Below, one piece after another: positions 27,488 through 36,846 of a stretch of DNA of 64,000 nt. The notes under the pieces were generated by a model. The model ran no database searches. It had not been told where the DNA came from and worked only from the letters and a program-made list of their open reading frames with translations. A program made the translations under genes and the position numbers. Positions within the stretch are counted from its first letter, which is position 1. Each line of letters opens with the position of its first letter. The stretch is from Nautiliaceae bacterium (lineage in GTDB: Bacteria > Campylobacterota > Campylobacteria > Campylobacterales > Nautiliaceae), in NCBI GenBank assembly GCA_027036005.1, contig JALVTJ010000063.1:878-64877 (forward strand). Direction: 5' to 3'.

Positions 27488-27512
27488 TTCCTTTTGGAAT
27501 TTTTCTCTTTTT
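27486..27512 (+). terminator. short hairpin plus T-tract between icd and mdh (possible attenuating terminator)
   Basis: AATTCC-TTTT-GGAATT followed by TTTCTCTTTTT. Overlaps the icd stop codon. Confidence 0.35.
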
Positions 27513-27523
27513 AAAGGATAAAA

Positions 27524-28468
27524 ATGTCAAATAAAGTATCAATTATAGGTGCTGGAAATGTAGGCAGTATTGTCGGTTATTCTCTGGCAATGCAAGGGCT
27601 TGCTCATGAAATTATTTTGGTTGATAGAGATACTGATAGGGCAAAAGGAAAGGCACTTGATATGAGTCATGCCGCAAGTGCCGTGAGAAGCCATTCCATT
27701 GTTAGAGCAGCAGAAAGTTATGAAGATATAAAAGATTCGAAAGTTGTGGTAATAACGGCTGGTTTTCCGAGAAAACCTGGAATGAGCAGAGAAGATTTGC
27801 TGCTTAAAAACGCAGAAATAATGCAAGATGTAATAAAAAACATTAAAATATATACTCCTAATGCTATAATTATAGTTGTTTCAAATCCCTTGGATGCGAT
27901 GACTTATACCGCATTGAAAATAGGAAAATTCAAAAGAAGTCAAGTTATAGGAATGGCGGGGATACTTGACAGTGCGAGAATGGCTTATTTTATATATGAA
28001 AAACTCGGTTACGGAGCAGGTCAAATAAGAGCAAGTGTAATAGGAGGGCACGGGGATTTTATGGTGCCACTTCCCAGATATTCCACTGTTGCCGGCGTTC
28101 CTCTTAGCGATTTACTTTCTCAAAAAGAGATTGATGAAGTAGTGGAGAGGACAAAACATGCAGGAGCCGAAATTGTAGGATATTTAAAAACAGGAAGTGC
28201 ATATTTTGCTCCCGGTAAATCTACCGCAATAATGGTAGAAGCGATTTTGAAAAATTCCAAACAGATATTTCCTTGTGCCGTTTTGCTCGATGGTGAATAC
28301 GGTGTTAAAAACGTTGTTAATGGTGTTCCTGTAATGCTTGGAGGTAATGGTGCGGAAAAAGTAATCGAAGTTACTCTTGATCCTTGTGAAAAAGAACAAT
28401 TTAGAAAATCCACAAGGGCTGTTGCCGAAATGATTGAGGTTTTGGAAAAAGAATTTTTTAAAGGATGA
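27524..28468 (+). CDS. mdh: malate dehydrogenase (LDH-like family)
   Basis: 314 aa with GAGNVG Rossmann motif, catalytic GGHGD and LDH/MDH-type blocks. Confidence 0.93.
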   Translation: MSNKVSIIGAGNVGSIVGYSLAMQGLAHEIILVDRDTDRAKGKALDMSHAASAVRSHSIVRAAESYEDIKDSKVVVITAGFPRKPGMSREDLLLKNAEIMQDVIKNIKIYTPNAIIIVVSNPLDAMTYTALKIGKFKRSQVIGMAGILDSARMAYFIYEKLGYGAGQIRASVIGGHGDFMVPLPRYSTVAGVPLSDLLSQKEIDEVVERTKHAGAEIVGYLKTGSAYFAPGKSTAIMVEAILKNSKQIFPCAVLLDGEYGVKNVVNGVPVMLGGNGAEKVIEVTLDPCEKEQFRKSTRAVAEMIEVLEKEFFKG

Positions 28469-28471
28469 GAA

Positions 28472-29332
28472 ATGAGAACAGTAAAGTATGAAGATATTGT
28501 AAAATCTATACGGGATATGATAATTTTTTCTACCACACATCTTGCTCCCGATATGAAAAAGGCTCTTGAAGAAGCATATGAAAACGAAAAAAGTGAAGTT
28601 AGCCAAGCTGTTTTGGCTCAGCTTCTCGAAAATGCGAAAATAGCGGAGGAAGAGTGGAAACCTTTGTGTCAGGATACGGGTCTTGCAATTTATTTTGTAA
28701 AAGTCGGAACGGATGTAAAGGTTGAAGGAGGCAGTTTAAAAGAGGCGATTTACGAAGGGACGGCAAAAGGATATGAAGAAGGCTATCTTAGAGCTTCCAC
28801 TTGTGATTGTTTTACAAGGGCAAATCTTAAAGATAAAGCAGGGTATAATCTACCTCCGATAATTTATTTTGATTTGGTAGAAGGTGATAAAATAGAAATA
28901 GAATATGCAGCAAAAGGAGGGGGAAGCGAAAATGTAAGCCGTGCTACTGTTTTAGCGCCTGCTGCTGGAAAAGAAGGAATTAAAGAATTTGTCAAAAAAG
29001 TGGTGAGCGATGCAGGACCTAATCCTTGTCCTCCTTTGGTTGTAGGTGTTGGAATCGGCGGAAGTTTCGATATGTCCGCTGTTATGAGTAAGCATGCTCT
29101 TTTTAGAAATATAGGAACTCCAAATCCCGATCCTGAATTAAATGAGCTTGAAAAAGAGCTAAAAGACGAACTCAATAAACTTGGAATCGGTGCGATGGGA
29201 ATGGGAGGAACAGAGACAGTTTTGGCGGTTCATATTGAAACTTATGAAAATAGAATGTGTCATATCGCTTCGCTTCCTGTTGCGGTTAATATCCAATGCC
29301 ACAGTTCCAGACATGCACATATTACAATTTAA
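28472..29332 (+). CDS. class I (Fe-S) fumarate hydratase, alpha subunit
   Basis: 286 aa. Conserved PLCQDTG and the other Cys ligands of the FumA/TtdA N-terminal-type domain. Confidence 0.9.
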   Translation: MRTVKYEDIVKSIRDMIIFSTTHLAPDMKKALEEAYENEKSEVSQAVLAQLLENAKIAEEEWKPLCQDTGLAIYFVKVGTDVKVEGGSLKEAIYEGTAKGYEEGYLRASTCDCFTRANLKDKAGYNLPPIIYFDLVEGDKIEIEYAAKGGGSENVSRATVLAPAAGKEGIKEFVKKVVSDAGPNPCPPLVVGVGIGGSFDMSAVMSKHALFRNIGTPNPDPELNELEKELKDELNKLGIGAMGMGGTETVLAVHIETYENRMCHIASLPVAVNIQCHSSRHAHITI

Positions 29333-29342
29333 AGGATGAGAA

Positions 29343-29897
29343 ATGGCAGAATATAGATTAAAAACACCTCTTAGCAATGAGGATGTCGAAAAATTAAAAT
29401 CAGGGGATATTGTCTATTTAAGCGGAACAATGTATACCGCAAGAGATGCGGCACATAAAAGGCTTGTGGATTTAATACTAAATGGAGAGGAACTTCCTTT
29501 CGAACTTGAAGGTGCGGTAATTTATTATGTGGGACCAACTCCTCCAAAACCCGGAGAACCTATTGGAAGTGCGGGACCTACGACAAGTTATAGAATGGAT
29601 CCTTATGCACCGATTTTGATAGAACACGGGCTTAAAGGAATGATAGGAAAAGGAAAAAGAAATCAGGATGTTAAAGATGCCTGTGTTAAATATAAAGCGG
29701 TCTATTTCGGTGCAACAGGAGGAGCGGCGGCTTTAATAGCAAAAGCCATTAAAAAAGCCGAAGTTATCGCTTATCCTGAACTTGGACCCGAGGCTGTAAG
29801 AAGAATAGAAGTTGAAGATTTTCCGGTGGTTGTTGTAAATGATACATTTGGAAATGATTTATATGATGAAGGCAGAAAACTTTGGGAGAAAAAATAA
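29343..29897 (+). CDS. class I (Fe-S) fumarate hydratase, beta subunit
   Basis: 184 aa. GTMYTARDAAHKR, GPTTSYRMD and GKGKR motifs of the Fe-S hydrolyase C-terminal-type domain. Confidence 0.9.
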   Translation: MAEYRLKTPLSNEDVEKLKSGDIVYLSGTMYTARDAAHKRLVDLILNGEELPFELEGAVIYYVGPTPPKPGEPIGSAGPTTSYRMDPYAPILIEHGLKGMIGKGKRNQDVKDACVKYKAVYFGATGGAAALIAKAIKKAEVIAYPELGPEAVRRIEVEDFPVVVVNDTFGNDLYDEGRKLWEKK

Positions 29898-29912
29898 AAT
29901 AAAGGAGAATCA

Positions 29913-31085
29913 ATGAATATACATGAATATCAGGCAAAAGAGATATTTAAAAATTACGGTGTGCCTACCCCAAGAGGCGGAGTTGCTTTTTCCGGACCGG
30001 AAGCCAAAAAAGTGGCCGAAGAGCTTGGAGGTAATTTATGGGTTGTAAAAGCTCAAATTCATGCTGGCGGTAGAGGCAAAGCGGGAGGAGTTAAGCTTGC
30101 CAAAACGTTGGATGAAGTTGAAAAACTTGCAGAAGAGATGATCGGAATGAGACTTGTTACTCATCAGACCGGATCTGAGGGCAAAATTGTTAAAAAAGTT
30201 TATATCGAAGAAGGTGCGGATATTAAAGCCGAATATTATCTTGGAATGGTTCTTGATAGAGCGCTTGAAATGCCGGTTATGATGGCAAGCACGGAAGGCG
30301 GAATGGAAATAGAAGAAGTTGCCGCAAAAACACCTGAAAAAATAGTAAAAGTTGCAATAGATCCTACAATCGGTTTTCAGCCTTTTCATGCAAGGAAACT
30401 TGCTTTTGGATTAGGACTTGGCAAAGACGAGCAAAAAGAATTTATTAAATTTGCAAAAGCGCTTTATAATGTTTATGTGGAAAATGATGCGGAAATGATA
30501 GAAATCAATCCTTTAATCAAAACCGGCGAAGGTAAATTTTTAGCGCTTGATGCAAAAATGGGATTTGATGATAATGCCCTTTACAGACACCCCGATATAT
30601 CCGATATGAGAGACTTGGATGAAGAGGAACCTACCGAAATAGAAGCGAAAAAATACGGGCTAAGCTATATCAAACTTGACGGAAACGTCGGTTGTATGGT
30701 TAATGGTGCGGGACTTGCTATGGCTACTATGGACATTATCAAACACGAAGGTGGAGAACCTGCTAACTTTCTCGATGTCGGAGGAGGCGCAAATCCTGAT
30801 ACGGTTGCAAAAGGATTTGAAATTATTTTGAGCGATCCTAATGTAAAAAGTATTTTTGTTAATATTTTCGGAGGAATCGTTCGATGCGATAGAATTGCAA
30901 ACGGAATTTTACAAGCAACTAAAAAAGTTGAAGTAAATGTGCCTGTGGTTGTTAGACTTGATGGAACCAATTCCGAAGAAGCTACTGAAATTTTAAGAAA
31001 TGCAAATATAAAAAATATTATAGCTGCAACCGATTTGAAAGATGGTGCTCAAAAAGCCGTTGCTGCTGCGAAAGGAGAGTTATAA
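29913..31085 (+). CDS. sucC: succinyl-CoA synthetase beta subunit
   Basis: [11 protein letters not shown]-terminus and ATP-grasp domain. 390 aa. Confidence 0.95.
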   Translation: MNIHEYQAKEIFKNYGVPTPRGGVAFSGPEAKKVAEELGGNLWVVKAQIHAGGRGKAGGVKLAKTLDEVEKLAEEMIGMRLVTHQTGSEGKIVKKVYIEEGADIKAEYYLGMVLDRALEMPVMMASTEGGMEIEEVAAKTPEKIVKVAIDPTIGFQPFHARKLAFGLGLGKDEQKEFIKFAKALYNVYVENDAEMIEINPLIKTGEGKFLALDAKMGFDDNALYRHPDISDMRDLDEEEPTEIEAKKYGLSYIKLDGNVGCMVNGAGLAMATMDIIKHEGGEPANFLDVGGGANPDTVAKGFEIILSDPNVKSIFVNIFGGIVRCDRIANGILQATKKVEVNVPVVVRLDGTNSEEATEILRNANIKNIIAATDLKDGAQKAVAAAKGEL

Positions 31086-31963
31086 TGAGTATTTTGGTTA
31101 ATAAAGATACAAAAGTAATCGTCCAAGGATTTACCGGTAAAGAAGGAACGTTTCATTCTGAGCAGTGTTTAGCTTACGGGACCCAGATTGTAGGCGGTGT
31201 AACTCCGAATAAAGGGGGAATGACACATCTTGGAAAACCTGTGTTTAATACGGTTGAAGAAGCGGTAAAAGCCACAGGCGCAAGTGTGAGTATGATTTTT
31301 GTTCCTCCCGCTTTTGTTTCTGATGCGGTAATGGAAGCGGCGGACGGGGGAATTGAGCTTGCCGTTATCATAACAGAGGGTGCACCTGTTAAAGATATGA
31401 TGAGCGCTAAACATTATGCCGTTAAAAAAGGTATGAAAACAATAGGACCGAATTGTCCGGGTATTATTACGGCGGAAGAGTGTAAAATAGGAATTTTACC
31501 GGGGAGTATTTTCAAAAAAGGAAATGTCGGGCTTATTTCCAAATCGGGGACATTAACTTATGAAGCGAGTAATCAGGTAGTTAAAGCCGGATACGGAATA
31601 ACAACTGCGGTAGGTATTGGAGGAGATCCAATTATAGGACTTAGTTATAAAGAACTTCTACCTATGTTTGAAGCGGATCCTCAAACCCAAGCAATCGTTA
31701 TGATAGGTGAAATTGGAGGAGATCTTGAAATTCAAGCTGCAAAACTTATTAAAGAACAAATTACAAAACCGGTAATTGCTTTTATAGCTGGACAAACAGC
31801 TCCTAAGGGAAAAAGAATGGGACATGCCGGAGCGATTATCAGTGGAAGTAAAGGAACAGCAGCAGAAAAAATGGCCGCTTTAAAAGAAGCTGGTGCTTAT
31901 GTTGTTGAATCTCCCGCTGATATAGGGGTAACGGTAGCAAAAGCACTAAGCGAAAGAAAATAA
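31085..31963 (+). CDS. sucD: succinyl-CoA synthetase alpha subunit
   Basis: 292 aa. Phosphohistidine loop MGHAGAI and CoA-binding N-terminus. Confidence 0.95.
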   Translation: MSILVNKDTKVIVQGFTGKEGTFHSEQCLAYGTQIVGGVTPNKGGMTHLGKPVFNTVEEAVKATGASVSMIFVPPAFVSDAVMEAADGGIELAVIITEGAPVKDMMSAKHYAVKKGMKTIGPNCPGIITAEECKIGILPGSIFKKGNVGLISKSGTLTYEASNQVVKAGYGITTAVGIGGDPIIGLSYKELLPMFEADPQTQAIVMIGEIGGDLEIQAAKLIKEQITKPVIAFIAGQTAPKGKRMGHAGAIISGSKGTAAEKMAALKEAGAYVVESPADIGVTVAKALSERK

Positions 31964-31966
31964 TTT

Positions 31967-32001
31967 AAAGCCAAAAATCAAAATGATTTTTTGGCTTTTT
32001 T
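31967..32001 (+). terminator. rho-independent terminator after sucD
   Basis: AAAGCCAAAAA ... TTTTTGGCTTT stem followed by a T-run. Confidence 0.65.
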
Positions 32002-32063
32002 GCTGTTAAAATAGTGTCAAAGTATAAATCTGATTATTTGTGTATTTATGTATTGGTAATTTA

Positions 32064-32105
32064 TTTTTCATTCTCAATTCTCAATTCTTCATTTTCCATT
32101 TTTCA
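32064..32105 (-). repeat. 7-nt periodic tract, 6 units
   Basis: The minus strand reads TGAAAAA TGGAAAA TGAAGAA TTGAGAA TTGAGAA TGAAAAA. Confidence 0.75.
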
Positions 32106-32215
32106 TTTAGTATTTTATTACCATTTGTAACAATTTTGTTTAAAAAAGCTCTTAATAAATAATATTCAGTGTTTATTTAGGTATCATATATTTAAAGAAA
32201 AGAAAAGGAGAGTAA

Positions 32216-32512
32216 ATGGCTTTAAATGTAGATTTTAAACTAAAAGCACCGGAAAATACACCTGTATGGGTGGATGAAGCTAAGTGTAAAAGTTGTGAGT
32301 TATGTGTTGATTTTTGTCCTACCGGGGTTTTGGAAATGGTTCCCGATCCTCATAATATACTGGGGCAGATGGTAAAAGTTTCTCATCCGGAATATTGTAT
32401 AGGATGTAGAGAATGTGAGCTGGAATGCCCTGATTTTTGTATTTTTGTGGCTGAAAGAAACGAATATAAGTTTAAAAAACTTAACGAAGTTAAAAAGTTA
32501 AAAGGAGAATAA
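32216..32512 (+). CDS. oorD: 2-oxoglutarate:ferredoxin oxidoreductase delta (2x[4Fe-4S]) subunit
   Basis: 98 aa. CKSCELCVDFCP and CIGCRECELECP motifs. Confidence 0.9.
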   Translation: MALNVDFKLKAPENTPVWVDEAKCKSCELCVDFCPTGVLEMVPDPHNILGQMVKVSHPEYCIGCRECELECPDFCIFVAERNEYKFKKLNEVKKLKGE

Positions 32513-33652
32513 ATGCCAAGAGAAGTAGTATCAACTGGAAATAAATTAGCAGCTCTTGCGGCGATAGATGCCGGATGTAGATTTTTTGGAGGATATCCGA
32601 TTACACCTTCAAGTGAAATTGCTCATGAAATGAGTAGATTACTTCCAAAAGTCGGAGGTGTGTTTATTCAAATGGAAGATGAAATTGCAGGTATTTCTGT
32701 TGCCCTTGGGGCTAGTATGAGCGGAGTTAAATCTATGACGAATACATCAGGTCCAGGAATTTCTCTTAAAGCGGAACAAATTGGTCTTGCATTTATGGGA
32801 GAAGTTCCTCTTGTAATTACAAATGTTATGAGAGGCGGGCCATCAACTGGACTTCCTACAAGACCGGCACAGCAAGATATTCTTCAAGCTCAGGCTCCAA
32901 CTCACGGAGATTATCAGTCAATTACCTTATGTGCTGGAAGTTTGGACGAATGTTATAGTGAAACTGTTAGAGCGTTTAATTTGGCCGAAAGATTTATGAC
33001 ACCGGTATTTGTGTTACTTGACGAAACACTCGGTCATATGGTTGGAAAAGCCGTTTTACCCGATATTGAAGAAGTCGAAGCAAATATTGTTAACAGAAGA
33101 GTATATGAAGGCGATCCGGCAACGTATGAGCCTTATAATGTTCCGGCTGACGAGCCTGCAATACTTAATCCGTTTTTTAAAGGATATAGATATCATATAA
33201 CTGGTCTACATCACGGACCGACAGGATTCCCGACAGAAGATGCAAAACTTTCACAAGAATTAATTGACAGACTGTTTAACAAAATATTGGCACATAAAGA
33301 CGAGATTGAAAGTTATGAGGAATTTATGCTTGATGATGCCGATATAATGATTATCGCTTATGGAAGCGTTTCTTTGGCGGCAAAAGAAGCCATTAGACAA
33401 TTAAGAGAAGAAGGGATTAATGTAGGATTATTCAGACCTATTACTTTATGGCCTTCTCCTGAGGAAAAAATAGATGAACTTTGTCATAAATTCGACAAAA
33501 TATTAGTTGCGGAAATGAACAAAGGTCAATATTTTAAAGAAATTCAAAGAGCAAGCGGTAAAAAAGCGGCTGAATTCGAAACACTTTTTAAAGCGAACGG
33601 AAGATCAATCAGTCCCGCCGAATTCAAAGCAAAAATAAAAGAAATGGTATAA
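32513..33652 (+). CDS. oorA: 2-oxoglutarate:ferredoxin oxidoreductase alpha subunit
   Basis: 379 aa with the 2-oxoacid:Fd oxidoreductase alpha-domain pattern. Sits in the D-A-B-C order. Confidence 0.92.
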   Translation: MPREVVSTGNKLAALAAIDAGCRFFGGYPITPSSEIAHEMSRLLPKVGGVFIQMEDEIAGISVALGASMSGVKSMTNTSGPGISLKAEQIGLAFMGEVPLVITNVMRGGPSTGLPTRPAQQDILQAQAPTHGDYQSITLCAGSLDECYSETVRAFNLAERFMTPVFVLLDETLGHMVGKAVLPDIEEVEANIVNRRVYEGDPATYEPYNVPADEPAILNPFFKGYRYHITGLHHGPTGFPTEDAKLSQELIDRLFNKILAHKDEIESYEEFMLDDADIMIIAYGSVSLAAKEAIRQLREEGINVGLFRPITLWPSPEEKIDELCHKFDKILVAEMNKGQYFKEIQRASGKKAAEFETLFKANGRSISPAEFKAKIKEMV

Positions 33653-33661
33653 GGAGAGAAA

Positions 33662-34492
33662 ATGGCATTTAATTACGATTATTATTTAAGAACCGATAAA
33701 ATGCCGACACTTTGGTGTTGGGGATGTGGGGACGGTATTATTATGAAGGCCGTTATAAGAGCTATGGCTAAGCTCGGATGGGATAAAAACGATATATGTG
33801 TAGTTTCCGGTATCGGATGCAGCGGTAGATTTTCAAGTTATATCGATGCAAATACTGTTCATACCACGCATGGTAGAACTGTGGCTTATGCTACCGGAAT
33901 TAAACTTGCAAATCCAGATAAACACGTAATCGTTGTAGCTGGAGATGGAGACGGGCTTGCAATTGGTGGAAACCATACAATTCACGGATGTAGAAGAAAT
34001 ATTGATTTGAATTTTATTTTGGTTGATAATTTTATTTACGGACTTACGAATTCCCAAGTCAGTCCGACAACTCCAAAAGGTGCATGGTCAGTAACCACAC
34101 AATACGGGAACATAGACCCAACGTTTGATGCTTGTGAATTAGCAAAAGGAGCGGGTGCTACATTTGTAGCAAGAGAAAGTGTGGCTCAGGCTCAAAAACT
34201 TGAAAGAATATTTGTCAAAGCGTTTGAACATAAAGGTTTTAGTTTTGTAGATGTTCATTCAAATTGTCATGTAAATTTCGGTAGAAAAAACAAGCTCGGT
34301 CAAGCTAAAAAAAATATGGATTGGATTGAAGAGAGATTAATGCCAAAAGCCAAATGGGACAAATTAAGCGAAGAGGAAAAATACGAACTTAAACAAAAAG
34401 GCATTAAACCAAGAGGAATTCTTTATCAAAAAGAAGAGCCTGAATATTGTGAAGAATATTATAAATTAATTGAGAGAGTAAGGGGTAAATAA
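33662..34492 (+). CDS. oorB: 2-oxoglutarate:ferredoxin oxidoreductase beta (TPP-binding) subunit
   Basis: WCWGCGDG Cys motif and TPP motif GDGDG...N. Confidence 0.92.
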   Translation: MAFNYDYYLRTDKMPTLWCWGCGDGIIMKAVIRAMAKLGWDKNDICVVSGIGCSGRFSSYIDANTVHTTHGRTVAYATGIKLANPDKHVIVVAGDGDGLAIGGNHTIHGCRRNIDLNFILVDNFIYGLTNSQVSPTTPKGAWSVTTQYGNIDPTFDACELAKGAGATFVARESVAQAQKLERIFVKAFEHKGFSFVDVHSNCHVNFGRKNKLGQAKKNMDWIEERLMPKAKWDKLSEEEKYELKQKGIKPRGILYQKEEPEYCEEYYKLIERVRGK

Positions 34493-35052
34493 TGAGAAAG
34501 CAATTAAGATTTACGGGAGTTGGAGGACAAGGTGTCCTTCTTGCCGGTGAAATTTTGGCAAGATCTTATGTAAGAGCGGGAAAATATGGAATACAAGTAG
34601 GAACATATACTTCTCAGGTAAGAGGAGGGCCTACAAAAGTCGATATTATTTTGGATGATGAGCCAATTCTTTATCCTTATGCAGTTGACGGAGAAATCGA
34701 TTTTATGTTAAGTGTTGCCGATAAGTCTTATCAGTTGTTTAAAGAAGGTGTTAAAGAAGGCGGAATTATCGTTTATGAGCCGAATCTTGTTTATCCGAGC
34801 GACGATGACAAAGCCAAATGGAAAATGTTTCCTATTGAAGTTATTACCATCGCAAAAGAAAAAGTCGGAAATGTTATTACCCAATCGGTTGTGGCACTTG
34901 CCATTGCTACAAGAATGAATAATCTTGATAAAGAGATGGTATATGAAACAATGATTCAGACTGTTCCACCAAAAGCGGTTGAAGTTAACAAAAAAGCGTT
35001 TGAGCTTGGTTATCAGGAAGCAGAAGAGGTATTAGCCAAATACTCTTCTTAA
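34492..35052 (+). CDS. oorC: 2-oxoglutarate:ferredoxin oxidoreductase gamma subunit
   Basis: 186 aa. GVGGQGVL N-terminal motif. Confidence 0.9.
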   Translation: MRKQLRFTGVGGQGVLLAGEILARSYVRAGKYGIQVGTYTSQVRGGPTKVDIILDDEPILYPYAVDGEIDFMLSVADKSYQLFKEGVKEGGIIVYEPNLVYPSDDDKAKWKMFPIEVITIAKEKVGNVITQSVVALAIATRMNNLDKEMVYETMIQTVPPKAVEVNKKAFELGYQEAEEVLAKYSS

Positions 35053-35885
35053 TCCTCTTTTATTGCATTTAGAGCTCTTTGTAATAATTCTCCGTGATAA
35101 AGCTCTTGACGGGATATAAATAATAAAAACTCGCTTAATTCTTCATTGCCTATTTTTTCTGCCAAAATCAAACACTGTTTTTCTGCGTCCATTTCTTCTT
35201 CAATGTTTTCTTTTAAAAACTCTACAACACCTATGTTTTCATACTTATCATGAGGAATAATTCTTGGAAGCGTTAAAACTCCCATTTTGCTTGCAAGAGC
35301 GGCAAATCTTTTAAGATGATATATTGAATCATACGCTAAATCGCTAAAAGCTGAATTTGCAACGGCAATATCACTGTGAGCTTTTAAATAAGAGTAAATT
35401 GTTATAAGCTCATATTCTTTGAATATTTCTTCCATTAAGAAAAATACAAGGGCAGATTTTGCATTTTCATCCAAGTCAGTTTCGGGAAGGGTTTTGTTTT
35501 CATTAAAGGATATTATTTCTCCTTCAACGTCAAATTTTTGCAATTCTTTTATAAAAAAAGAATCGTCGTTTCTTAATCTGTTAACAGTTACATCGTCAAT
35601 CCCTTCGTAAAAAGCGATATTTTCATTTAAATCGTCTTTTAAAACTTCAAGCAATTCGCATTCTTGTTGAACTTTTATTTTTTTAATCTCTTCATAATCA
35701 AAATCCATATTAAATCGCACATTTTTTTTAACAGCATCTTGCATAAGCCATACCAAATGTCTGTATTTAAAAAGAGCTATATCGTTTAGTTTTTCTTTTA
35801 CGTCATTTTCCTGAAACATTACTGTTGCGTAAATAAATTTGATAAAACTTTCGTGGGTTTTTTGAATAATTTTCGAATAGTTCAT
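35049..35885 (-). CDS. hypothetical protein, ferritin-like four-helix-bundle signatures
   Basis: 278 aa, all-helical and acidic. ExxH-type motifs in the C-terminal half (QELYH, DSIYH). Family not recognised with certainty. Confidence 0.55.
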   Translation of the reverse strand: MNYSKIIQKTHESFIKFIYATVMFQENDVKEKLNDIALFKYRHLVWLMQDAVKKNVRFNMDFDYEEIKKIKVQQECELLEVLKDDLNENIAFYEGIDDVTVNRLRNDDSFFIKELQKFDVEGEIISFNENKTLPETDLDENAKSALVFFLMEEIFKEYELITIYSYLKAHSDIAVANSAFSDLAYDSIYHLKRFAALASKMGVLTLPRIIPHDKYENIGVVEFLKENIEEEMDAEKQCLILAEKIGNEELSEFLLFISRQELYHGELLQRALNAIKED

Positions 35886-35928
35886 AATTAGCTCCTTTTT
35901 GTTTTAAGTATAACAAAAATGAAAAATT

Positions 35929-35952
35929 AAAAATTGATATAAATCAATTTTT
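35929..35952 (-). terminator. perfect 10-bp hairpin overlapping the pdxA stop
   Basis: AAAAATTGAT-ATAA-ATCAATTTTT. On the minus-strand RNA a T-rich stretch follows. The stem is all A/T except one G:C pair, so it is weak. Confidence 0.3.
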
Positions 35953-36846
35953 ATGAATTAGGATAAATTTTATCGCATTTTCATAACTTAATGTTTTGGC
36001 TTTTCCTTGATAAGCGATATCAAAAGCCGTGCCGTGATCGACGGAAGTTCTAAGTATAGGGAGATTAAGCGATACATTTATGCTTTTGTCAAAATACAAT
36101 GCTTTAAGGGCAGCTAATCCTTGATCGTGATACATGGCAATAAACCTGCCCTTTTTTGAAGTAAAAGCAATATCAGGAACAAGCGGACCGTAAAAAATAT
36201 TTTTTTCAAGTATTTCGTTTGCTTCTATTATTGCCGGCATTATCTCTTTTATTTCCTCATTTCCCAAAACACCGCCGTCTCCTGCATGCGGATTAAGAGC
36301 CAAAACTCCTATTTTTTCAAAACGAGTTGATTTGTAAAAATTTATAAAAAACTGAATGAGACTATTCTTTTTGATTTTCAAAAAAACTTCTTTTAAAGGG
36401 ATGTGTTCTGTGAAAAGCGCTACATATAACTCTTCACATCCGAGCATCATTATTGCATTTTTTTTGAAAATATCCCTTAAAACTTCTGTATGGCCTTTAT
36501 ATTTTATTCCCGCTTTACTCCATGCTTCTTTATTAATCGGAAGAGTTGTAATGGCGTCGACTTTATTTTCTTTTGCGAGTTCAATTGCTTTTAAAAATGA
36601 TTTATATGAATATTCTCCTGCCTTGGCATCAATAATTCCCGGATTTATTTCAAAATCCCCTTTAACTTTGGTAATTTCAAAATCATTAGGAATAGAATAA
36701 TTTAGAAGCTTAGCTCCTTTTTCAAGCATTTTTCTATTTATGCAATAAATGGGTTTTACCCATTTTTTAATTTTTTCATGAGCTTTTAAGGCTATTTCAA
36801 GTCCGATTCCGTTTAAATCTCCTATGCTAATAGCTATTTTTTGCAT
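35944..36846 (-). CDS. pdxA: 4-hydroxythreonine-4-phosphate dehydrogenase
   Basis: 300 aa with GHTE, NPHAGDGG and SVDHGTAFDIA motifs. Confidence 0.92.
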   Translation of the reverse strand: MQKIAISIGDLNGIGLEIALKAHEKIKKWVKPIYCINRKMLEKGAKLLNYSIPNDFEITKVKGDFEINPGIIDAKAGEYSYKSFLKAIELAKENKVDAITTLPINKEAWSKAGIKYKGHTEVLRDIFKKNAIMMLGCEELYVALFTEHIPLKEVFLKIKKNSLIQFFINFYKSTRFEKIGVLALNPHAGDGGVLGNEEIKEIMPAIIEANEILEKNIFYGPLVPDIAFTSKKGRFIAMYHDQGLAALKALYFDKSINVSLNLPILRTSVDHGTAFDIAYQGKAKTLSYENAIKFILIHKN

